Virus record (IMG/VR): IMGVR_UViG_3300031644_001201
Location: 1-29,823 of that record
Strand: one strand, 5' to 3'
Source: a virus
Taxonomy: Duplodnaviria; Caudoviricetes
Length of the DNA: 29,823 nt
Below are positions 15,654 to 24,002 of this stretch, in pieces (the first letter of the stretch is position 1; each line of letters begins with the position of its first letter). The position numbers and the translations under genes were made by a program. The notes under the pieces were generated by a model, which saw only the letters and a list, made by a program, of their open reading frames with translations, was not told where the DNA came from and did no database searches.

Positions 15654-17920
15654 ACTTCTTCACCAAGGCGCTTGCCCGCCTCACCAGTTCGCTCACCCAG
15701 ATGCGGCACGGCGCGCAGTCGCTGATGCTGGGCGGGCTGCTGCGCCGCACCCGGTTCGATTATCGCGGCGCGGTGGGCGATATGCTCGATGCCTCGGTGG
15801 TGACAGCGCCGGTCGGCTGGGTGCAGCGCGCGCTGCCCGAGGCCAATCTTGCCATGCGCGCCAAACTGGCCAGCGGCAAGGTTGACGAGATCGAGGATCA
15901 CCCGCTGCTCGATCTCATCCGCAATCCCAATCCGTTCTACAGCGATATCGCGCTGTGGGGCGCGACCGCGATGATGATGCTGCTCCATGGCAACGCCTAT
16001 TGGCTCAAGGTGCGCAGCGCCTCGGGCCGGGTGGTCGAGCTGTGGTTTGCGCCGAGCTGGATGGTCGAGCCCAAGCCTGCCAGCGATGGTTCGGCCTTCA
16101 TCGATCACTATGTCTACACGCCGGGCACCGGGTCTGGCCGCTATTACGTCCAGCCCGAGGACGTGATCCATTTCCGCAACGGGCTCAATCCGCGCGCGCC
16201 CTATCTCGGCCTGTCGCCGATGGATGGGGTGATCCGCGAGATCTTCGCCGACATGGAAAGCAGCAATTTCGTCGCCAGCCTGCTGCGCAACATGGGCGTG
16301 CCCGGCGTGGTGATCAGCCCCAAGACGGGCGGCATGGCCAGCCCCGATGATGTCGAGGCGACCAAGACCTGGTTCAAGCAGGCGTTCGGCGGCGATAACC
16401 GCGGGCAGCCGATGGTGATGGGCGCGCCGACCGAGGTGCAGCCCTTCGGCTTCAACCCGCAGCAGATGAACCTGACCGAGGCGCGCGATGTCGCCGAGGA
16501 GCGCGTCTGCGCTGCGATCGGGATCCCGGCCGCAGTCGTCGGCTTTGGCGCTGGCTTGCAGCAGACCAAGGTCGGCGCGACGATGGCGGAGCTGCGCAAG
16601 CTTGCCTGGCACAACGGCGTGCTGCCTCTGGCGCGCGCGATGGCGGACGAATTGCAGCGCAGCCTGCTGCCCGATTTCGAGCGCGGCAATCGCCGCATCG
16701 AGCTTTACTGGGATACCTCCGATGTGCTCGCCCTGCAGGAGGATGAGAACAAGGCGACCGAGCGCAAGCTCAAGGAACTGACTGCAGGCGCGATCACGCT
16801 TTACGATTATCTGGTCGAAACCGGGCGCGAGGCGGATGACAGCCACCGCTATTACCTGCGGCCCTTCTCGGTGATCGAAGTGCCGCTGGAGCTGGCCGGG
16901 CAAGGCGCGATGCGGCAAGTGGCGGCTCCGGCTGCGGCTCCGGCTGCGGATCCGGCGATCGAGCCGGAAAAGCGCCGCGCCCTGCCTGCGCCCAACCAGA
17001 AGTTGTACGATGAAATCGTACAACTGCCTGCGCCCGAGGTGAAGAATGGCGGCACCCCGCCCGAGGTTTCCGGTCGGCCTAACGCTTCGCTGCATGAGGC
17101 CAAGAACTCCGAAGACTGGCTGCCCGATGATGCCCGCGCCGCCAGCGCCGACGCGATCGCGCGCGGCGAGCAGTTCGTCACCATGCTCCAGCGGCAGGAA
17201 CGCGGCCTTCGCACCGGCTTTGAAAACGCGCTGCGCCCGGCGTTCGAAAGCTGGGGCGATCTGGCGGGGCGGATCGCGCGCGATGTGCTGATCGCTGGCG
17301 GGTTCAAGCAGGATGCGCGCGGGATCGAGACCAAGCAGGAAAGCAGCCTCATCCAGCAGATCATCGACCTGCTCAACCTTGAGGCGTGGGAACAGCAGCT
17401 CTCCAGCATCTATCAGGGCCAATATCTGCGGATCGCGCGCGAGGTGGCCAGCGCGGTCGAGGAATCGGGCTTCGGCACTTCGATCCCCGATCCGGTGATG
17501 CGCCAGATCATCGCCACCGGCGGCACGCGCGCCGGACTGGTCGATGTGCCGGGCCAGACCCGCGCCGCGCTGTTCGAGGCGCTGGCCGAAGGGCGAGCCG
17601 AAGGTGAAGGCGCGCAGGCGCTGGCCAACCGGATCGCCAACATGATCGAGGGCGGCCCCTGGGGCAATGCCGATACCCGCGCCCGCGTGATCGCCCGCAC
17701 CGAAACCAAGCACGCGCAGAACATCTCCACCATCGAGGCCGGGCGCGCCAACGGGGTGACCGAATTCGTGGTGTTCGATGGCCGCTTCGGCGAGCCGCGT
17801 TCCGAGCTCAGCCACATCGCGCGCGACGGCATGATCGTGTCGGCCGAGGATGCTTACACCATGGCCGCGAACATGCGGCCCAACTGCACCCTCAGCTTCG
17901 CGCCGAATTTCAGCCTTTAG
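15650..17920 (+). CDS. HK97-type portal protein fused to a Mu gpF/SPP1 gp7-like head morphogenesis domain
   Basis: HPLLDLI..PNP, LLHGNAY, EDVIHFR, YLGLSP, ERVCAAIGIP (portal); Ala/Pro linker; RARVIARTET and RPNCT (gpF-like); RBS AAGGAG. Confidence 0.85.
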   Translation: MNFFTKALARLTSSLTQMRHGAQSLMLGGLLRRTRFDYRGAVGDMLDASVVTAPVGWVQRALPEANLAMRAKLASGKVDEIEDHPLLDLIRNPNPFYSDIALWGATAMMMLLHGNAYWLKVRSASGRVVELWFAPSWMVEPKPASDGSAFIDHYVYTPGTGSGRYYVQPEDVIHFRNGLNPRAPYLGLSPMDGVIREIFADMESSNFVASLLRNMGVPGVVISPKTGGMASPDDVEATKTWFKQAFGGDNRGQPMVMGAPTEVQPFGFNPQQMNLTEARDVAEERVCAAIGIPAAVVGFGAGLQQTKVGATMAELRKLAWHNGVLPLARAMADELQRSLLPDFERGNRRIELYWDTSDVLALQEDENKATERKLKELTAGAITLYDYLVETGREADDSHRYYLRPFSVIEVPLELAGQGAMRQVAAPAAAPAADPAIEPEKRRALPAPNQKLYDEIVQLPAPEVKNGGTPPEVSGRPNASLHEAKNSEDWLPDDARAASADAIARGEQFVTMLQRQERGLRTGFENALRPAFESWGDLAGRIARDVLIAGGFKQDARGIETKQESSLIQQIIDLLNLEAWEQQLSSIYQGQYLRIAREVASAVEESGFGTSIPDPVMRQIIATGGTRAGLVDVPGQTRAALFEALAEGRAEGEGAQALANRIANMIEGGPWGNADTRARVIARTETKHAQNISTIEAGRANGVTEFVVFDGRFGEPRSELSHIARDGMIVSAEDAYTMAANMRPNCTLSFAPNFSL
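16982..17035. repeat. Perfect 11-bp inverted repeat flanked by a 12-bp direct repeat
   Basis: AGTTGTACGAT-GAA-ATCGTACAACT (17001-17025); CTGCCTGCGCCC at 16982-16993 and 17024-17035. Confidence 0.9.
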
Positions 17921-17930
17921 GAGTAGTCCG

Positions 17931-18626
17931 ATGCAGACCAAGAACCTGACCGTCAAAGAAATGGGCGAAAGCGGCAAGGGCCTCGCTATCCTCGCCCGCC
18001 TGTCCGAGATCGATCACGATGGCGACACCTACGAGAAGGGCGCCTTCAGCTGGAAGGGCGACCAGTGGTGCCCATTGCTGCCCGCGCATGATCGCTGGAA
18101 GATGCCTTTCGGCAAGGCCCGGGTCTATGAAGAGGGCGACATCGCCTATGCCGAGCTGCATCTCAACCTTGAGACCCGCGCCGGGGCTGACTGGCACAAG
18201 GCGCTGCTGTTCGATCTCGCGACCGGCCAGGCTGTGCAGGAGTACTCTTATGGCTTCGATGTGCTGGATGCGGACTATAAGATCGAGCCGGACAAGCGCA
18301 CCCGGGTTCTCAAGAAGCTCGACGTGCACGAGGTCTCCACCGTAGTTCGGGGCGCTGGGCGCAGCACCGGCACGGTGAACATGAAGGCGCTCAAGGAAGC
18401 TGGCTTCGCCCCGCTGATCGCCGGACTTGGCGAGCTGGCCGATGCGCTGGACGGCGATCCGGCTGCGCTTTCGGCGACCGGGCGCAAGCAGCTGGAGGAG
18501 ATCCACGCCGCGCTGGGCAAGGCTCTGGTCGATCCGGCGCAAGCCGAGGCTGACGCCAAGGCGCTGATCGAGGAGCAGATGGCGCGGCACCTGACCCGCG
18601 ATGCGCGGCTGCGCTTTGGCGGCTGA
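17931..18626 (+). CDS. HK97-family prohead protease
   Basis: D.DGD.YEKGAF, LLPAHD (His), YSYGF (Ser), HEVSTV; RBS AGGAG. Confidence 0.88.
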   Translation: MQTKNLTVKEMGESGKGLAILARLSEIDHDGDTYEKGAFSWKGDQWCPLLPAHDRWKMPFGKARVYEEGDIAYAELHLNLETRAGADWHKALLFDLATGQAVQEYSYGFDVLDADYKIEPDKRTRVLKKLDVHEVSTVVRGAGRSTGTVNMKALKEAGFAPLIAGLGELADALDGDPAALSATGRKQLEEIHAALGKALVDPAQAEADAKALIEEQMARHLTRDARLRFGG

Positions 18627-18750
18627 AAAGACACCCGCCAGAAACCCGCCAGAAAGCCTCAGGATTGCGTGAAGGCCCTCTGCCCGCCAAATTTCGGGCG
18701 AGGGCCTTCTTAGACCCTCTTAAATCGCCGCTGAGGGGCTTTTCATGCTG

Positions 18751-18789
18751 GCCCGCCAACCGGCATCTGCCGTGGCGGGCTTTCCTTTT
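18751..18789 (+). terminator. Rho-independent terminator after protease gene
   Basis: GCCCGCCA..CGGCA-TC-TGCCG-TGGCGGGC stem followed by TTTCCTTTT. Confidence 0.65.
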
Positions 18790-18848
18790 GCCTTGATGGC
18801 TCATCCGCGCTAATCATGGCGCATCCCGATACATCGCCATTTCCAATG

Positions 18849-18871
18849 CAGCCGGACATCTGTCCGGGGCG
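18849..18871 (+). promoter_or_regulatory. Candidate late-activator site CAGCCGGACA-TC-TGTCCGGGGCG upstream of capsid gene
   Basis: Second copy of the 10546-10568 palindrome. Confidence 0.7.
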
Positions 18872-18958
18872 AAGCGCTGCGCCCGATCCTCCACAACCGG
18901 CTTCGAGTTTCGAACCGGCCTTCGCCCCAGGCGGGGCCGCCAAGTGGAGATGACGGAT

Positions 18959-20290
18959 ATGCCGATCACGAATATGACCCTGGAGCAAGCCCAGGAAAGC
19001 ATGCAGGCGAAGTCTGCAGAGCTGAACACCCTGATGAAGGAAGCCGTCCGCGATGACGGCACCTATGACTTCGCCGGGGTGAAGTCGGTCAAGGACATCA
19101 AGAACAATTCTGACCTGGTGAAGGCGATCCGCGATCGCAACGCCGAGCTCGATGAGCTGGGCGAGTTCATCCAGGGCCAGCGCGAGATGAAGCAGGCCGT
19201 GCGCGATCAGGAAGTGCGCGAAAAGGGCCTGCGCGGTTTCCCGCTGCCGGGCGCTGGTGACGGCAATGGCGGCGGCGGCCTGCCTGCCAACATTGGCCAG
19301 TTCAAGTCGCTCGGTAAGCAGCTGGTCGAGGCGAAGGGTTTCAAGGAATGGCACGGCGGCTCGCGCGGTCCGGCCCTCGATCTGAGCTTCGACGATATGC
19401 TCGGCTCGGATTTCCTCGCCAAGGCGGCGCAGTTTGACACGATGGGCCGCAAGGCGCTGATGAGCACGACTGCGGGCTTTGCCCCTGAAAGCATCCGCCT
19501 GCCCGGCTTTGTCGAAGCGCCGACCCGGCCGATCCAACTGCTTGACATCCTGCCGATGGGCCGGGTGACGCAGGCGGCTGTGCCTTTCATGGAAGAAACC
19601 ACCCGCACCCATGCCGCGGCCGAAGTGGCGGAAGGCGGCACCTTTGCTGAAAGCACCTTTGCCTTCACCCAGCGTTCGACGCCGGTGGTTAAGATCGGTG
19701 ACAGCCTGCCGGTGACCGACGAGCAGCTCGAAGACGTTGCGCTGATCGAAAGCTACGTCAACGGCCGCCTCGCCTTCGGTGTGCGCCAGCGGCTCGACCA
19801 GCAGTGCATGATCGGCAACGGCACTGCGCCCAATCTGCGCGGCATCCTCAACACCGCCGGCATCCAGACTGCGGCGCGGGGCGCGAACCCGGTGATGGAT
19901 GCGATCTACATCGCGATCATCAACATCATGCTGACCGGCCGCGCCCAGGCGACCCACATCGTGATGCACCCGCGCGATTTCCAGCGTGTGCGCCTGACCC
20001 GGACTGCCGATGGCATCTACATCTACGGCTCGCCGCTTGAGGCTGGCCCGTCGCGGCTGTGGGGCCTGCCCGTGGTGCTCAACGATGTGCTGGCCGAAGG
20101 CACCGCGCTGATCGGCGCGTTCGAGCCGACCTTCATCACCCTGTTCGAACGGCGCGGCATCGACATTCAGGTCGGTTACGTCGCCAACCAGTTCATCCAG
20201 GGCGTCCGCACCATGCGCGCCGACATGCGCGCCGCGCTGGCGGTGTTCCGCCCGGCGGCGTTCCACACGGTCACCGACCTCGACGCCTAG
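18959..20290 (+). CDS. Major capsid protein, HK97 family, with N-terminal coiled (delta-like) domain
   Basis: AAEVAEGG, VTDEQLED, IGNGTAPNLRGIL, IVMHPRDF, RLWGLPVV, FRPAAF; start could also be 18944 or 18950. Confidence 0.93.
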   Translation: MPITNMTLEQAQESMQAKSAELNTLMKEAVRDDGTYDFAGVKSVKDIKNNSDLVKAIRDRNAELDELGEFIQGQREMKQAVRDQEVREKGLRGFPLPGAGDGNGGGGLPANIGQFKSLGKQLVEAKGFKEWHGGSRGPALDLSFDDMLGSDFLAKAAQFDTMGRKALMSTTAGFAPESIRLPGFVEAPTRPIQLLDILPMGRVTQAAVPFMEETTRTHAAAEVAEGGTFAESTFAFTQRSTPVVKIGDSLPVTDEQLEDVALIESYVNGRLAFGVRQRLDQQCMIGNGTAPNLRGILNTAGIQTAARGANPVMDAIYIAIINIMLTGRAQATHIVMHPRDFQRVRLTRTADGIYIYGSPLEAGPSRLWGLPVVLNDVLAEGTALIGAFEPTFITLFERRGIDIQVGYVANQFIQGVRTMRADMRAALAVFRPAAFHTVTDLDA

Positions 20291-20332
20291 GTTCCTCCCG
20301 AGGCCGGGGTGGGTGCCCCCGGCCTCAATCCC

Positions 20333-20379
20333 TCGGGGCCGATTGCTGACTAGTACTCCTGCAATCGGCCCCGACTTTT
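20333..20379 (+). terminator. Terminator-like hairpin after capsid gene
   Basis: 14-bp perfect stem TCGGGGCCGATTGC/GCAATCGGCCCCGA followed by CTTTT. Confidence 0.65.
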
Positions 20380-20431
20380 CCGGCGGCTTGGCCTGCCCTT
20401 CCCGAGCCGCCTGACAAGTCAGGAGAACCCC

Positions 20432-20689
20432 ATGAGCAACACCATTTCAGGCTTCCCGCGCACGGTCGCCACCGCAGTCGTGCGCGGTGGGCCGGTCGGC
20501 AACATCGAAGTGCCCGGCATCCGCCACGGTGATCAGCTGATCAGCGTCACCCAGATGACCGGCGCGCTCGCTCGCACCGATCGCTTCGCCAATGCCTCGA
20601 TCCCGGCAGGCAGCGAGAGCCGCATCGCGATGGCCACGGTCGACACCAGCGGCAGCTGGCTCGTCGTCACCTGGCTGCGCGGCCAGTGA
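20432..20689 (+). CDS. Small beta-rich protein, possible capsid decoration
   Basis: RBS AGGAG; follows MCP. Confidence 0.65.
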   Translation: MSNTISGFPRTVATAVVRGGPVGNIEVPGIRHGDQLISVTQMTGALARTDRFANASIPAGSESRIAMATVDTSGSWLVVTWLRGQ

Positions 20690-20726
20690 TCGCCCGATGA
20701 TCCGTTTTTCACAGGAGACCAAAACA

Positions 20727-20978
20727 ATGCCCCAGAACATGATCGCAGCTGAAAAGCTGTTCCTTGTCGCCGACAAGAGCGCACTGGTGCGCGAAGGCGA
20801 TGAACGCGCTGCATTTCTTTATGCGGTGCCCGGCGATGAAATCCCCGCCGATGCGGCCGAGATGTTCGGCCTCGTCGATGGTGCGCTGCCGGAAAAGAAG
20901 AGCGGCAAGGCTGGCAGCAAGGAAGCCAAGGCTCCGGTTGAAACCAAGCCCGCCGCCGCCGAAACCAAGGACGCCTGA
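20727..20978 (+). CDS. Hypothetical head-region protein
   Basis: RBS AGGAG; Lys/Ala/Pro-rich tail typical of small post-capsid genes. Confidence 0.7.
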   Translation: MPQNMIAAEKLFLVADKSALVREGDERAAFLYAVPGDEIPADAAEMFGLVDGALPEKKSGKAGSKEAKAPVETKPAAAETKDA

Positions 20979-20980
20979 TC

Positions 20981-21547
20981 GTGACGCTGCTCGCCCGGGT
21001 CAAGGAGCGCACCGGCACCGATCTTTCCGATGGAGAGATCACTGCGATGATCACTGCGATCTCGCAGGAGCTGGACGCGCGCTTTGGCCCGGCGGGCGAA
21101 ATGACGGTGCATCTCGGCGATGCGACCGATCCCGATTCCCGGTTCTGGAGCAATCTGCGGCTGGTGATCCCGGCCGACACGGCTGAGGCCATCACCATCA
21201 TCGAGCGCGATCCCGGCAATTCGGGCGCGGCGGTGGCTGCCACCACGCTCGATCCTGCCGATTATCGCGTGATCCATGGCGGGCGCACGCTCCAGCGGCT
21301 CACCACCGGGCCGAATGGCCGCCAGTTCTGGGCTCCGCTGGTCGAGGTGACTTACACCCCGCAGGGCCTCCAGGCGGCGCGCGACGAGGTGACGATCAAG
21401 CTGATCCAGCTCGATCTGTCCTATCGCGGGGCGCTGCGAAGCGAGAAGGCGGGCGATTACGCATTCACGCTTTCCGGCGACATGGCTGCCGATCGCGAAG
21501 CAATCCTGAAGACGCTGGCCGACCGGCGCGGGATGGTGATGGCGTGA
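20981..21547 (+). CDS. Head-tail connector/adaptor protein
   Basis: LARVKE, VEVTYT, SEKAGDY motifs; position. Confidence 0.7.
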   Translation: MTLLARVKERTGTDLSDGEITAMITAISQELDARFGPAGEMTVHLGDATDPDSRFWSNLRLVIPADTAEAITIIERDPGNSGAAVAATTLDPADYRVIHGGRTLQRLTTGPNGRQFWAPLVEVTYTPQGLQAARDEVTIKLIQLDLSYRGALRSEKAGDYAFTLSGDMAADREAILKTLADRRGMVMA

Positions 21548-21693
21548 GGGGCGGCGCGAAAATTGGCCCGATCAAGGCACGCTTTTATGTGCGGCGTTGG
21601 GCTTTGCCGCTTTTGCTTTTGTCGGTGTTGATCCCCTGCCGCTTCACTCGCTGGCTGGGTGGGCTCGCCGCCCGAGTGGAGTTCGGTGAGTGA
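21544..21693 (+). CDS. Small hydrophobic protein (49 aa; not in ORF track)
   Basis: GTGA-coupled at both ends; WALPLLLLSVLIPC. Confidence 0.5.
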   Translation: MRGGAKIGPIKARFYVRRWALPLLLLSVLIPCRFTRWLGGLAARVEFGE

Positions 21694-22037
21694 TCTCCGG
21701 CCGCCTCACCATGCGCGCCCGGATGGAGCGCGACACTGCCACCGGCACTGACAGCTGGGGCAATGCGCCGGTGCCCAATTTCACCGTGCTGCACAATGCG
21801 CTGCCGTGCTTCTTCTCGTCAAAGAACGCGCGCGAGCTGGTGGACGGCAGCAAGACGGCGATGATCGAGGATGCGCGGATCATGTTCGCGCTCAGCGCCG
21901 ATGTGCGCGAGGGCGATGTCATCACCACCATCACTGATCGCCGGGGCGCGCTGGTCGTTTCGGGCCGCCTCAAGATCGAAGGCCCGGTGCAGTTCAAGCA
22001 CAACCACCTCGAAGCCGCGCTGCAGAGGATCGGGTGA
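21690..22037 (+). CDS. Head-closure protein
   Basis: D.WG, ADVREGD.I pattern; position. Confidence 0.7.
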   Translation: MISGRLTMRARMERDTATGTDSWGNAPVPNFTVLHNALPCFFSSKNARELVDGSKTAMIEDARIMFALSADVREGDVITTITDRRGALVVSGRLKIEGPVQFKHNHLEAALQRIG

Positions 22038-22471
22038 TGAGCTCGCAATCGCTCAAGTGGCTCGGCCCGGCGCTCAGCGAAAAGATGCGCAAGGCGCAGA
22101 AGACCGGCGTCAATGCCACGATGGCCGCCTGCGTCCAGCACGCCAAGGCCAACCATCCCTGGCAGAACCAGACCGGGATCCTCGAAGGCTCGATCGATAT
22201 TGCGGATTTTGCGCGCGAAGATGGCGCGGGCGTTGCCGGGCGCTGGGGCTCGCAGGATGTCAAATACGCCCTGATCCACGAGCTCGGCGGCGTGATCCGC
22301 CCGGTGCGGGCCAAGGCGCTGCGGTTCCAGCTGCCCGATGGCAGCTGGCGCATGGCGACCGAGGTGACGATCCCGGCCCGGCCCTATCTGCGCCCGGCCG
22401 CCGATGCGATCTATCCGCAGCTCGCCGCCAATATCCGCAAGGCGTTCGAAAGCGCCGGAGGCGCGGCGTGA
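22037..22471 (+). CDS. Neck protein, HK97 gp10 / Mu gpG-like
   Basis: TG.LEGSI, YALIHELGG, IPARPYLRPA. Confidence 0.8.
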   Translation: MSSQSLKWLGPALSEKMRKAQKTGVNATMAACVQHAKANHPWQNQTGILEGSIDIADFAREDGAGVAGRWGSQDVKYALIHELGGVIRPVRAKALRFQLPDGSWRMATEVTIPARPYLRPAADAIYPQLAANIRKAFESAGGAA

Positions 22472-22899
22472 GCGCGGCGGCTGATCTTGAAGGCGGTCTG
22501 CGCGCCTATCTGCTCGGCATCGCGGCGCTGCAGCCGCTGGTCGATGGCTGGATCTTCAGCGGCGAGCTTCCGGCTGACCGCACCGCCCAGATGCCGCGCA
22601 AGGCGCTGGTGATCCGCAAATCGGGCGGCGTTTCCACCACCGGCGGCAGCTTTGTCGAGACCGACACCGCCCGCGTTGATCTGTTCGCCTTGGGCGAAAC
22701 CCCACGCGAGGCAGGCCGGGTGATGGCCGAGGCCGAGCTTGCCATGCGGCGGCTGCGGCGCGGTGTTCACGGCGGCTGCCTGCTGCACTCGGCCAATTCC
22801 GCCGGCGGCGCGATCGCCGGGCGCGAGCCGGGGACCGAATGGCCCCGCCAGTTCCAATCCTTCCAGGTCATGCACGGCCTGGTCGCCATCGAGGAGTAA
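22468..22899 (+). CDS. Tail terminator / completion protein
   Basis: GTGA-coupled, RBS GGAGG; LRAYLL...L..LV...IF, RVDLFA; precedes major tail. Confidence 0.7.
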   Translation: MSAAADLEGGLRAYLLGIAALQPLVDGWIFSGELPADRTAQMPRKALVIRKSGGVSTTGGSFVETDTARVDLFALGETPREAGRVMAEAELAMRRLRRGVHGGCLLHSANSAGGAIAGREPGTEWPRQFQSFQVMHGLVAIEE

Positions 22900-22905
22900 C
22901 CAATC

Positions 22906-23505
22906 ATGTCGTTTTTTGAGATCATCGGTGCGCCGCTGACCGTGTGGATCGCCCCGGCTGGCACCGACTTCCCGACCATCGCCGCCGCCCCGGCCTCGCC
23001 CTGGCTGCGGCTCGGCACCAATGGCGATCGCAATTATGATGTTGCGGGCGTCGAAGTGCAGCACAGCAAAACCTACAACAAGGTTCGCACCGCTGGTGCC
23101 ACCGGCCCGGTGACCGTGTTCCTCGACGAGGAAGACGTGATGTTCCGCCTCAGCCTGCTCGACATGACGATCGAGCAATATGCTCATGCGCTCAACAACA
23201 ACACCGTCACCACCGTTGCCCCGGCTGCCGGACAGCCCGGCCACCGTGCCATCGGCCTTTCGGAAGACGTTGGCCGCACCGCGCAGTTCGCGCTGCTGGC
23301 GCGCGGGCTTTCGCCCTACAATCCGGCGCTGGCGATGCAGTACGAGATCCCGCGCTGTTTCCAGTCGGGCGCGCCCAATCCGATCTTCCGCAAGGGCCAG
23401 CCCGCCGCGCTCCAGCTGACTTATGAAGCGCTCGAAAACGCTTCGGCGGTCAATCCGCAGCAGCGGCTGGGCGTGCTGCGCCAGGCGCACCTGCCCGCGC
23501 TGTGA
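22906..23505 (+). CDS. Major tail tube protein (non-contractile)
   Basis: VWIAPAGT..P, W..LG pattern; RBS GAGGAG; no sheath gene present. Confidence 0.75.
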   Translation: MSFFEIIGAPLTVWIAPAGTDFPTIAAAPASPWLRLGTNGDRNYDVAGVEVQHSKTYNKVRTAGATGPVTVFLDEEDVMFRLSLLDMTIEQYAHALNNNTVTTVAPAAGQPGHRAIGLSEDVGRTAQFALLARGLSPYNPALAMQYEIPRCFQSGAPNPIFRKGQPAALQLTYEALENASAVNPQQRLGVLRQAHLPAL

Positions 23506-23513
23506 GATCCGGC

Positions 23514-24002
23514 ATGAGCGACACCGCACCCCTGCTCAATCTCGATACGCTGATCGTCCGGCCCAAGATCACCATCGACGGCAAGCCGTTCGACATGATC
23601 CACCCGGACGAGATCAGCGTGATCGACAGCCACCGGTTCGGCGTCTGGGGACGCCGGATCGATGAGCTGCAGGCTCTGGCCAAGGATGACGAGGCCAGCC
23701 AGCGCGAGCTTGACGAGCTCGTCTTCACGGTGGCGCGCAAGATCCTGCCCGACGTGCCCGATGATGTCTTTGCCAAGCTCAGCGGCACGCAGCGATGGGC
23801 CGTCATCGATGTTTTTTCCGGGCTCCTGCTGCAAGCCAAGCTGAAGGTGGCAGGAGCGATCGGGACAGCGACGGGCGAGGTGCCGGAATGGCTGAGCCGC
23901 CTGACTGGGGCACCATCATTTCCCGGCTCCAGCGGTTTTATGGCGGGCAGCCGCAGGACTGGCTTGAGCGGGTTCCTGCGGCGCTGGTTCGCGCGTTCGT
24001 GA
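23514..24002 (+). CDS. Tail assembly chaperone (gpG-like)
   Basis: ITIDGKPF; between major tail and tape measure. Confidence 0.65.
   Translation: MSDTAPLLNLDTLIVRPKITIDGKPFDMIHPDEISVIDSHRFGVWGRRIDELQALAKDDEASQRELDELVFTVARKILPDVPDDVFAKLSGTQRWAVIDVFSGLLLQAKLKVAGAIGTATGEVPEWLSRLTGAPSFPGSSGFMAGSRRTGLSGFLRRWFARS

Noticed and set aside
15620-17977. 785-aa minus-strand ORF
   Set aside because: Antisense shadow of the portal gene; high-GC codon bias suppresses stops; no motifs
18743-20266. 507-aa minus-strand ORF
   Set aside because: Shadow of the major capsid gene
20288-20434. Capsid gene in frame with the next gene (possible stop read-through extension)
   Set aside because: A second in-frame TAG at 20351-20353 intervenes and the downstream gene has its own RBS
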